Assembly (NCBI RefSeq): GCF_026210795.1
Contig: NC_089430.1
Span: 3,596,001 to 3,660,000 of the forward strand
DNA from: Rhizophagus irregularis
Taxonomy: Eukaryota
Direction of reading: 5' to 3'
Length of the DNA: 64,000 nucleotides
Position numbers and translations under genes: made by a program. The notes below the pieces were generated by a model. The model was not told the origin of the DNA and did not search any database. It saw only the letters and a program-made list of their open reading frames with translations. This document shows positions 52,329 to 64,000 of the stretch, piece after piece. Numbering within the stretch: the first letter of the stretch is position 1; the number at the start of each line of letters is the position of its first letter.

Positions 52329-55300
52329 AGCTTTATCCTTTTCCTTTGCTAATGTTTACGGCCAGACCACCCATTGCCTCTTATGACTAATTTCGGGTCG
52401 TGTCTATCATCTTCCGATGGGCAACCGTTATACCGAGTAGTTAACTCAGTAACATTGCACCACTATAGAAGACATCCCCCATCGGGCCATTATAGGCTGA
52501 TCTGAAGCTAGGTACACGCCGCCTACTCATCCTATACCCATTGCACGATACTGATACTCAATTTATTTAACGACCGCTTTAGAAAGCATCTACTTTCGTG
52601 AGAACTTTCGACAGGTAACATCAACCATCTAGTACCCTTCCATACCACCATTTTAGGTACTAAGTCTCACTCAAAGGCCACTACAGCCCGCGATTACCTA
52701 GCACCGATAGTACAGTTCGTTTCCCCAGCCCCAAAGGTATACTTTGTATAGGCGACCACTGGATTGCAATAAGCAGCTTCGTTCCATGGATCACCTCTTA
52801 TGGCGTATCAACCACCAGGATCACCAACCAAGACCTCGAAGTGGGGAATCGAACCCCATAACCATGCTACCTGTTCTGTGCACGAACACCTTGGTTGGTC
52901 TAAGACCTAACAGAAGGTCAAACTACCACTAAGCATTACACCCTCAGCTTTACCATCTAGGGACGACCATCTCCCCAGCCACACTACCCCAGCCCCAAGG
53001 TATGTTGGGGTGAGCCGACCACCGAACAGGAAGCCCCCCCAAGCGGTATAGAGCGACCTCAAGACAGGACTGCGCACATACCAATCGGCCTCATAGGGAA
53101 CGTTAAGACACCAGCGACTTAGTGAAATGCGCGGCCTAACCGTACACACTAATTCACCATGTGATGCACTCCAACATTACAACTGTACCTTCACGCTATT
53201 CGCACAGGCTGTACGTCCGCAGTAAATTCTTTTTTATTTCCGTATCATGGGGAATCGAACCTGCGACCTCACCATACTCAGGTTTAATGGCAATTGAGGC
53301 CTCTCGACTAACCACCGAGATAAGTGGCATGACCCCTGCAGCTTTATCCTTTCCTTTGCAAGCGTTTGCCACGGTACCACCCATCATTGCCTCTTACGAG
53401 ACTAATCTCGGTATCTGCGTCCTATCATCTTCAATGGGCAACCATTATACCGAGTACTGAATTCCTCAGAATAACAGCACCACTATACATACCCCCATCC
53501 CCCAGGGCCATTTTAGCTGATCTGAAGCGTACACGCCGCCTACTCATCCTATACCCATTGCATGATACTGATACTCAATTTATTTAACGACCTTTGTTTA
53601 GAAAGCATCTACTTTCATGGAGGACTTTCGACAGGTAACATCAACTATCTAGCACCCTTCCATACCACCATTTTAGGTCTAGCCTCACTCAAAGCGCCTA
53701 CTAGCATGACATTACCTAGTACCGATAGTACAAATGCTACCCCAAGCTGGTATACTTTATAGCGACCACTCAGACAAGAGTATAAGATCGTCCAGAGGAT
53801 CACCCCTTACATGCACATCAACCACCAGTGATCACCAACCAGAGACTCCAAGGAAAGAATCGAACCCCATAGCCATGCTACCTGCTCGCGCACGAACACC
53901 TTGGTTGGTTCCAAGACCTAACAGAAGGTCTAACTACCACAAGACATTGCACCCTCAGCTTTACCATCTATGACGACCATCTACCTATATCGACATCAAG
54001 CGGCATCATGAGCCGACCACCCAGACAGGAAGCCCCCCGCGTATAGTAAACACCTCGCCATAGCGACTGCGCACATGCAATCGGCCTCATAGGATGCGAG
54101 ACACTACGACCCTAATGTGCGCCAACCGTACACACTAATTCACCATGATGCAGTCCAACTACACTAATCCCCGTACCTTCACGCTATTGGTCAGAAGGTC
54201 TCCGCAAAGTAAAATTCTTTTTATTTCCGCTGGTCATGGGAATTGAACCTGCGACCTCACCATACTCAGGCTTAATGAGGCCTTCGAGCGACACCACCAA
54301 GATAGGCCAGTGACCAACCCTTAGCTTTATCCTTTTCCTTTGCTAACGTTTACGGTCCGTACCCACCCATTCGCCTCCCATGGCATTCAATCTCGGTCGC
54401 GTCCTATCATCTTCAATGGCGAACCATTATACCGAGCATTTCTTCATCGCAACAAGACCACTATAAGACATCTGCCCCATCGGGCCATTATAGGCTGATC
54501 TGCCAGGTGACACGCCGCCTACTCATCCTATACCCATTGCAATGAGATACGATACTCAATTTATTTAACGACCTTTGGGAGAAGATCTACTTTCACGGAT
54601 ACTTTCGACAGGTAACATCAACCATCTAAGACCCTTCCATACCACCATTTTAGCATCAAGCCTCACCTAAAGGGCCACTACAGCCCGCGATTACCTAGCA
54701 CCGATAGTACAGTTGTTTACTGCCCCAAGTGGTATACTTTGTAGTCGACCACTGGACAGGGAAGTACACTTCTGTCCAGGATCACCCCTTATGGTGGGTA
54801 TCAACCACCAGGATCACCAACCAGGACCCAAGAAGTGGGGAATCGAACCCCATAACCACCTGCTACCTGTTCTCCGCGCACGAACACCTTTGGTTGGTCT
54901 AAGACCTAACAGAAGGTCAAACTACCACTAAGACATTGCACCCTCAGCTTTACCATCTAGGGCAACCATCTAGCCATTACTGACCCCGAAGTGGTATCGT
55001 GGAGTGACCACCTGAACAGGAAGTCCCCCCAAGCGTATAGTAGGACTCACGACAGGACTGCGCACATACCAACGGCCTCATAGGAACGTTAAGGAGGACC
55101 ACACCTTAGTTGAAATGTGCGGCCTAACCGTACACACTAATTCACCATGATGCAGTCCAACTACACTAATCCCTGTACCTTCACGCTATTGGTTGTAGCG
55201 TCCGCAGTAAAATTCTTTTTATTTCCGTGGTCATGGGAATCGAACCTGCGACCTCACCATACTCAGGCTTAATGAGGGTCTCAGTGACTAACCACCGAGA

Positions 55301-56771
55301 TAGGGTGACCAACCCTTAGCTTTATCCTTTTCCTTTCGCATCGTTTACGGCCGTACCACCCATTGCCTCTTATGAGACTAATCTCGGTCAAGCCTATCAT
55401 CTTCAATGGGCAACCATTATACCGAGTACTTAATTCCTCAGGTAACAGCACCACTATAAGACATCCCCCATCGGGCCATTAGACGACGATCGGCGAGCTG
55501 TACACGCCGCCTACTCATCCTTAATCCATTGCATGATACTGGTACTCAATTTATTTTACGACCTTTAGAGAGCACCTACTTTCATGGAGGACTTTCGACA
55601 GGTAACATCAACCATCTAGTACCCTTCCATACCACCATTTTAGGTACGAGGTCTCACTCAAAGGCCACTACAGCCCGCGATTACCTAGCACCGATAGTAC
55701 AGTTGTTTACCCCAAGTGGTATACTTATGTAAGAGCCACTCAGACAGGGAAGTAGCAGGCTTCTGTCCAGGATCACCCCTTATGGTGGGTATCAACCACC
55801 AGGGATCACCAACCAGGACCCAAGAAGTGGGGAATCGAACCCCATAACCATGCTACCTGTTTTGTGCACGAACACCTTGGTTGGTCTAAGACCTAACAGA
55901 AGGTCAAACTACCACTAAGACATTGCACCCTCAGCTTTACCATCTAGGACAACCATCTAGCCATTACTGGCTTTATTCCAAGTGGTATCGTGGAGTGGAC
56001 CACCTGAACAGGAAGTCCCCCCAGTATAGTAGCGACCTCACGACAGGGACTGCGCACATACCACCTGGCCATAGGGAACGTTAGAAGGACACCATGACCC
56101 TTGGATTGAAATGTGCGGCCTAACCGTACACACTAATTCACCATGATGCAGTCCAACTACACTAATCCCTGTACCTTCACGCTATTGGTTGTAGCGTCCG
56201 CAGTAAAATTCTTTTTATTTCCGTGGTCATGGGAATCGAACCTGCGACCTCACCATACTCAGGCTTAATGGAGGTCCTCAGTGACTAACCACCCAGAGTA
56301 GGGTGACCAACCCTAGCTTTATCCTTTTCCTTTGCAAGTGTTTACGGCCAGACCACCCATTGCCTCTTATGAGACTAATCTCGGGTCTGTGTCCTATCAT
56401 CTTCAATGGGCAACCATTATACCGAGTACTTAATTCCTCAGGTAACAGCACCACTATAGAAGACATCCCCCATCGGGCCATTTTAGGCTGATCTGAAGCT
56501 AGGTACACGCCGCCTACTCATCCTATACCCATTGCATGATACTGATACTCAATTTATTTAACGACCTTTAGAGAGCATCTACTTTCATGGAGGACTTTCG
56601 ACAGGTAACATCAACTATCTAGTACCCTTCCATACCACCATTTTAGGTACTAAGTCTCACTCAAAGGCCACTACAGCCCGCGATTACCTAGTACCGATAG
56701 TACAGTTGTTTACCCCAAGTGGTATACTTTATAGTGACCACTCAGACAGGAAGTAAGCTTTATCCTTTTCC
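52329..56771 (-). mobile_element. Head-to-tail array (about 4.4 copies) of a ~1 kb tRNA-derived SINE-like element
   Basis: The junction motif AGCTTTATCCTTT(T)CC occurs at 52329, 53340, 54323, 55318, 56315 and 56756. The minus-strand 5' head has an A-box-like TATCTCGGTGGTTAG and a B box GGTTCGATTCCC. A second GGGGTTCGATTCCCC lies within the unit. Confidence 0.75.
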
Positions 56772-57841
56772 GATCACTGGCTGACGAGTTATTCAACAAA
56801 ATGTTAAACATCAGCATTATAATATTTCTTGATTTACGTTTACTGCGCCATTTAACATTTTGCTAGATTTCTCAGTACCTAGTGATTATAAAAAGACGAT
56901 TTATAGCTCGTTGGAATCGCCTCGTCGAGACGAATCGAATGGTGGTAAGCTCATCTCTCTGTGATCAATATTGACGGAGTTATTACTTAAAAACCATTTA
57001 ATATTTTTTAATTTCAGAAATTGATCTAGTGATTGGATTTCGATGTATCTTATACCATTAGATTCGTCTCATCAAGACGAATCGAATGGCGGTAAGATCA
57101 TCTCTCTACGATTAATATTGGCAGAGTTATTACACAAAAACCATTAATATTTTTTTAATTTCGGAAATTAATCTAGTGATTGGATTTCGACGTATTTTAT
57201 ACCATTAGAACCGTCTCATCATGACGAATCGAATGGCGGTAAGATCATCTCTCTACGATTAATATTGGCGAAGTTATGATACAATAAAGTTTTAAGTATA
57301 ATTCTGGCTAAAATTATGTTAATTTTTGGCCGGAATTATGATATACAAATATAAGAAATTTTTTATATAGTCACATCTCTTTATAATCACCAAATATTAT
57401 GCGTTTCTGTAATAGTATAGTTTTTCTTTACTTAATTTTATTTTGTTTAGATTTCTTTACTTGTATGAATCGTGAAGCTAGTTCTTTTTATTTTTTGTTT
57501 AATTTTCTATATTTTGTAATATTGTTCGATTTGTTTATTGTACTTTTCGTTTTAAAATTTATAATAAAAGATAAAGTCATCAGACTGTTTGCTCATAATC
57601 ACCAAATATGGAGGATCATCGCAACTCTTTCCTGAATTTTTGAAAATACTAATAAAAATTTATTTTTGAAATTTTCGTTCAAAAATTTCTAAGTGCTCGT
57701 ACAAATACTAACATTTCCCCAGTTGCTTTCCTCTTTGCTGAGCTTTATACTATAACAATACCTCTAGCTCTTTCTGTTATTAACCCGGATATTCCACCGC
57801 CACCGCGTCCTGACACTTCTGCTCCGTCTGGAGACCGACCT

Positions 57842-59876
57842 TTGTCTCCATCCAATACCGCTGGCGCGCCTAACAAACGTTCGCGTATTGTCTCTGATGA
57901 CTCTATGAATGTTGATATAACTTCACCCTCTACTCCTGCTTCCAGCCTCATTTCCACTGTTCCTTCTGGCCTTCCTATTAATAGAGTTCCTGTTATTACT
58001 CGACCTCCTCCTACTAATACGTCTTTAGATTCTTCTATACATGCCCACTCCCTTCCTGTTTCTACAAACCCTTCCCCTAATGACAAAGGTAAATCTGTTG
58101 CCTTTGATATCCCTGAACGTTGGCCATCTCCCGATGGTAATGCTGCCGCTATCAAATCTGCACCATCTCGTTATTATGCTGCGGCCTATTTACGCAACGC
58201 GCCTGACGCGTTTAAAACTAAATTCACTACCAATCGCTTCATGTATGACGAAGTGGATTGTTCACTCTCCCAATATTCCTCCTATGGTGCCCGCGCACAC
58301 TGCGATGGATCAGGCGATAATAAAAAGATCCTTGTCTTCTTCAATGATCAACATGATTTTACCGATTGTGTCAGCTCCCCACGTGCAGATCTTCTCAATT
58401 TAGTCTTCACTCACTATTCCCCTGCAGATGCCAAACTCAGTGACGAAGCGAAGTCTTTGTTTGTCACTGACATCCCACTTTTCCTAAATGAGACGCAAGT
58501 CCGCCAGGCATTTTTCCGATATGGCACTGTGATCAAGTGTAAACTCACCCCTAAAAAACATTACTATAATGGTCATATTCAATTTTCCTCCGCGAATGCA
58601 ATTACCCAATTTAACGATATCTGGGTGATCATTTGCCTAGAAAATTCCTTACGTGTCTGTCCGGCATTTTTCTCAAAATCCCAACGCAATAGCCGAAGAG
58701 AGCATGTCACCATTTTTGCCGGTATTCCAAAGAATATCAAAGAAGCTGACCTTTTAGAAATTGCTACTTAAGTCAATGCTAAAGCCTTTAATGTCCCCTT
58801 TCTATCAATTCTTACAAGCCCAAACCTTATGTTTATTTAAACTTCTCTTCGTTTGATACCCTTGAGGCAGCGAAAGAGTTATCTGTGGCTTTCCGCGGCA
58901 AAGGTTTAACATGGCACCCTCCTAATGAAGCTCACACTTTATGTCATGTTTGCGGACGTTCAGGTTGCTCCCTTCTGTATGTAACCCCTGTCCCGCACGC
59001 AAAGTGGATGATCGCCTTAACAAACTATATTCACGCTTTAATACTGGCCCTCAACGTGGTCATCAAGATTCACGCCAATCACGTGATAAATCTACTTCCC
59101 GCTCAAGATCGAGATCTACCTCTAGATCCCGTAATAATTCATCCTCGTCCAGATCTAACAACAACAATAATAATATTAATACTTCCCGTCCTAATGTTTC
59201 TAACTGTAAAAATCAGTCCAATAACAATAATACCAACTCTAGGAACAATGCCAATTCTTCTGGCTCTACTCAATCTTCACATACTCTTCGCCCTAATGAT
59301 ACTACATCTACTTCCCCAAATAACCATCCTAATTGTACGCTTCCTCAACACATCATTGATGAGTTAAAGGCGTGGATTGAAAAGATTGCTCACACACTTA
59401 ATACTTTAGAGGAAACTGTCTCCTGGATGAATGATACTATCACGGCCCATGAGTATAAGTTATCTGAACTTAAATCAATGATGAATTATGACAACCCTGG
59501 TGACTCTGATTTGTATCCACCTTGTGATGATCCTGAAATTCAAGAAAATTCTTATAATAGAGGATGGGATGATATCCCAGCCCAAGACACGAATTCTGGA
59601 TTCAATCTTCCTCCCCATACTTCCCCTTCTATTATGGATACTTCTCCTGATGCTTCTTTTTCAGCTTTGAATCCTAACTCCGTCTTATCACGCAGACATG
59701 TCTTATTACTTAACTCCCGCCATAATATCATTACCCCCGATGCTACTACTTCCCGTCTGCAATTGGAAATTTCTAATGTCACTAATGTGCAAAAGAATCT
59801 TTCTACACAACTTGGTTCGATTATAGAAAAGTTGGACTCCTTCTCTCCCTCAAAACCCTCCCCTTCCAATGATTGA
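57842..59876 (+). pseudogene. LINE ORF1 (RRM, zinc knuckle-like, RS/N-rich, coiled coil), disrupted
   Basis: SLFVTDIP..VRQAFFRYG RRM, LCHVCG and SRSRSRSTSRSR. Stop at 58769 and frameshifts. Confidence 0.75.
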
Positions 59877-59979
59877 ACACCAATCTATATCGGGTGTACC
59901 ACAGGGATTTCACCCCCTAATAGTGCGATACCAAATTTTAATAGTCCCAATAATCCTTCTTCTCCTTCTTCCCCTCTTA

Positions 59980-62900
59980 TTAATTTTGGACAAATCAATG
60001 TTAATGGTTTGTGCTCCCCTGTTCGTCAATTACATTTGTTAAATTATTTTCTTCATTCTTCTTTTGGCGTTTTATCTTTAAATGATACTCGTCTTACTTC
60101 TTCCAGTGCTAAATTTATTTATCAAAATGAACATTCCCAACATAATTTTAAGTCCTATTAGGCTCCTTCCCCTTCTAATTTGCGACCACATGATGGTGTT
60201 GGTCTTTTACTTCGCCATCCTTTACATAAACATGTTCAGAAGATTAATCCTTGGCAAGGTCGTCTTTTAAAATTGGATCTTTTTTTTCATCAAACAAAAA
60301 TTTCCATTATTTCTGTCTATATTCCTCCTTATCATTCTATTCATTACAAATAACGTGATGCTATTTTTGCACAACTTAATTTATGGCTTGATAAAACCCG
60401 TTCTAATAATTATCATGTAGTCATCCTTGGTGATTTTAATGCGAATGAAATTTCACATTCACATCTCCCCCAACATCATTTGAAAATTTTACGATCACTC
60501 TATTCTCGATATTTTACGGATCATCAATCCCATATTTCTTCAATTTCAGGTCCTAGTTCTACTTTTTATCATCAGAATGGTTCTTCAAGACTTGATTATA
60601 TTTGGTCATCCCCTGGATTTCCTGCTCCCAGTCTTTTCTCTCATGTTGAATCTTGTCCTAAGTTGAATGATAATCAATTTACTGATCACCGGGTCCTTTT
60701 TACAGCCTTCGATTTTAGCTCTTGTTTCGCTACTTTAGCCAAAGCTAGATTAAAGCAGAAAAGTGAACAACGCACCATTTTTCTGTATAAAAATTTAACA
60801 GAAGATACTTGGGCCACATTTTCCAATGAAGTAAACTTACGTCTCGAGTTGTATTTGACCACACACCATCCTTCCATATCTTCACTCTCAGTTCTCTCAT
60901 TAGACAAACTTTGGCACGCTCTTAAACGTTCTATTCTTGGAGGTGCCATAGATTCTTTACCATTCCAACACGTATCCAATACCCATCATCATAAATATTC
61001 TCCTGAGCTTACAATGCTTATTGCTATCAACAAATTTTTGGATAGATTATTGTTTAAATTGACCACATCTAGGACTAATCGTCCCGCTCAGATTTCACAA
61101 ATGATTAATTCTTTACCTACACAATTAATTCTTTTGAAATCTCTTTTAGCAGATTATACTATACCTATTTATAGTACAACACCACTTTCTGCTTTTGTCA
61201 AATTTTTGCATTCACAAAAAGCTTTGGTTTCTGCTTATCTTTCCACGCAATTTCATCAACATTGTGTGGATTCCATTGAATATTATACTGCTCTTAGAGA
61301 TGAACATTTCTCTACGTCGCCGGGTTCTTTTATTTCTTTAGCTCTATTAGTGGAACATCGCTCTATCGTTCTTGATAGAGTTTTGGTTGTAATTGACTTC
61401 AAACCTACATTACTTACTGATTCTTCAGATATCAAACAAGCTGCCATCAAACATTTCCAATCAGTTGTTACTCCTCCTTTGGTTCAGCATTCTTCCACAG
61501 ATGAATTTCCTCCACGTTGGCAAAGAGCATATACTCCTATTTCTGACATTGACTCATCTTTATATAACTCGGTCATGTCTTCTATTCTGGAAGAAGAATG
61601 GAAGAACACTATCCAGTCTATGCCTCAACAAGAAAAGTTCTCTGGTCCTTCCAAGATCTCTTATGAGATTAAGGTTGCTTGTCTAAACCTCTTCAAAATC
61701 CTACGATTAGTTTTGTCAAAATTTTACTATAGATTTATTATAGTTTTGGCAGAGTTTCGGCAGTTTCGGCATTTATAATAAGTTTCGGCAGTTTCGCCTT
61801 TCTCCAAAGTTTCGCCAGTTTTTTAATATAACTTTAATATAGTTTCGGCAGAATTTCGCTTTTCGGTGAAACGCCATCTTGCCTAAACCCCTAGGTTTCG
61901 GCAAGCAACCTTATATGAGATGCTCAAACATTTAACTGGAGAAGCTTTCAATTTGTCCCTTATATTAGCTAATGCCTGCCTCACTCATGGAGATATTCCT
62001 GCTGATTGGCGTGAAGCGCTTGTTTATCCCATTCCGAAGCCTCATGAATTTGACGCCCAATTAAAGAATACGCGTCCTATTACTCTGTTAGAAACTGTGC
62101 AGAAATGTGTGGTTAAATTCGTTACAACTCGACTTTCAAAAATCCTAGCTGATAACCAAGTGCTTCAAGGTGGTAATTTTGCTGGATTACCAGGCGGTTC
62201 TACTGACATTCCTATTAAAATGCTTGATGCTATTATTCATCAACGCCGTTTTGACAAAACTGATGACCAAGAGTTATGGATTGTTTCTCAAGACATTTCT
62301 AAGGCCTTTGACTCGATTGATTTAAATATGCTCAAATTAGCTTTAATCCGTTTACATATTCCACCTTTGTTGACCAAATTTATTATTAATCTTTTTACAA
62401 GACGCAACAACAAAATTATTACACATTATGGGGATACCTCTGGATATAGAGTTAGAATTGGTATTGACCAGGGTGAAATTATTTTCCCGTTATTATGGGT
62501 AATTTACTTAGATCCTTTGCTCACAACACTTAATCGAGAAGATTGTGATCCCTTTATTTTGAAATCCTCTGCATTATTGGATTATTCTTCGTTTGAATAT
62601 GAATAACATAATCTTCCTGTTTCACATATTACATTTATGGATGACTCTACATTGATTGCTTCATCTAAACGAGGAATTGAAGATCGCCTTTCAATCACTG
62701 CTGAATTTTATACTCTAAATAATACTCAAGCTAATTCAGCAAAATATATCCTTCTTTCTTCTGAACAAATTTCTCAAACTATAGTGTTTGATCTTTTCCC
62801 ATCTCCTTTAATCCCTATTTGTTCCCTTACTTTAAAGGCGTTAACTTTATCCAAATCTTTCCATTTTTTAGGTGTTTGGTTTTGCCTTTCAGCTTCTTCT

Positions 62901-64000
62901 CGCTTTGTTCATGATCAATGCACTTCCATGGTCAAAGACATGGCTGCCCTACTTAGCCCTAAAAAACTTTTGGCACAACATGTGGCTTATCTTTATAATA
63001 TTGTTCTACTTTCAAGGCTAGAATTTCGCCTACAAACCACGTTATTTGCTGAATCCACCATTAACCATATGGTTTTCCCAATGCTTTCTCTCATTCAACA
63101 GAAGGCTGGTTTTGCCTCAACAACTCCTCTTTCCGCACTTTTTACATTGTTGCCATTTTCAATCCAACAAGCATTTGGTCGATTTTTATCGTCTCATGTG
63201 GCTTCACGACAAAGAATTTTTTCTCATCCTTTATATAAAACCTTTGCCAATTATGTAATTACTTATCTCCAAGGCTTTCTAGATTGTGATGCCTGTCCTT
63301 CTACTATTGATTTAGAACCATGGTCCCATACCTTTTCTCTTCGCACACATTCTTTATTTAATTTTTTATTGTTCTCTTCTCGATTGAAAATCACGTGGTC
63401 TTTATTATTCTGACCTCCGAAAAAGGATCTACGTCCGGCGATTCCACTCTGGTCTATTTTACCTAAAGATTTATTTACTTCCATGAAAAATGTTCGAAAC
63501 AATTTTGGTACTCGTTTTCTTGCCCAACTGGTTACTCCATGTGGCTCCACCGCTCCAGACTTCTTTCATGGAAAGATTTACACTTTCTTAAACGAGTTTC
63601 GAACAAAGGATCTGTGCCTGCTTGGTTTACTTATTTATTTAATTTTGTTATTATTTCTAATTCTCCTTCCTTTTTTGTTTTACCGCAATTTAGAATACCT
63701 AATTCCCATACTGTAGCTTCTATCCATTTTATAGATATTAGTCGAAATTATTTGTTTAATCTCCAATGGGCTATTTCTTTTAATCGTAATACTAATTCTT
63801 TTCTCGTTGGCCGTGTGATCATTACCTATCCTGCTCCATGCAATGAAGCTCTTATTTCACATTGGATTGTGTCATCTGTTGATGACTTATTATCCGATTT
63901 TACTGCATGCCAAGGTTGTGCCTCTGCTATTCCACGATCCTCAACTTCCAAGACATTGCTTAAATGGTGTCCCTCTGAAAAGTGCTTTTCTTATGTGTCT
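59980..64000 (+). pseudogene. LINE ORF2 (AP endonuclease and reverse transcriptase), disrupted
   Basis: QINVNG, ILGDFN, SRLDYIW and TDHR (endonuclease). WREALVYPIPKP, RPITLLE, DISKAFD, GIDQGE and FMDD (RT). Several stops and a MITE insertion. Confidence 0.92.
61670..61913. mobile_element. hAT MITE (244 bp) sharing TIRs with hAT2, inserted in LINE ORF2
   Basis: TIR TAAGGTTGCTTG/CAAGCAACCTTA. Perfect TSD TATGAGAT at 61662-61669 and 61914-61921. Removing it restores SKISYEMLKHL. Confidence 0.93.

Larger units (their letters stand above)
57700..64000 (+). mobile_element. Decayed LINE (APE-type non-LTR retrotransposon), running off the window
   Basis: ORF1 and ORF2 remnants are present in the expected order. 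Confidence 0.92.

Noticed and set aside
56240..56290. Hammerhead ribozyme (CTGAGGA on the minus strand)
   Set aside because: No GAAA follows the putative stem II.
56225..56312. Functional tRNA gene in each array unit
   Set aside because: Only the A/B boxes and T arm are convincing. The anticodon region is extended and embedded in a 1 kb repeat.
52744..56508. Short ORFs within the 1 kb array
   Set aside because: Frames are not conserved between units. The many indels in the middle units may partly be long-read consensus error.

Overview
AT-rich eukaryotic DNA with short GT-AG introns. It is most consistent with a Glomeromycotina (arbuscular mycorrhizal, Rhizophagus-like) fungal genome; this is inferred from gene style and repeat content. 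Bases ~2.4-17.7 kb are a compact island of six spliced genes: an AMSH/STAMBP-like JAMM deubiquitinase, ATP synthase subunit d, cohesin Scc3/STAG with an AT-hook-rich N-terminal extension, PEX12, a WDR89-like WD40 protein and a DYRK-like kinase. A seventh gene (kelch repeats plus a cytochrome b561-like membrane domain) lies at 44.1-46.8 kb. The rest is nested transposon sequence whose ends I could resolve from terminal inverted repeats (TIRs) and target-site duplications (TSDs): two decayed hAT elements, many MITEs, a 10.3 kb CMC-like shell, a Helitron and decayed LINEs. Three things stand out. (1) Several TE-embedded tandem arrays of intron/micro-exon units have their TACTAAC branch point in a hairpin loop and their exons closed by stop codons. 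(2) A head-to-tail array of a ~1 kb tRNA-derived SINE-like element carries the 16-bp target sequence at every junction. (3) One hAT element carries a Myb/SANT plus RS-domain passenger gene. Exon boundaries were read by eye and no database searches were run.
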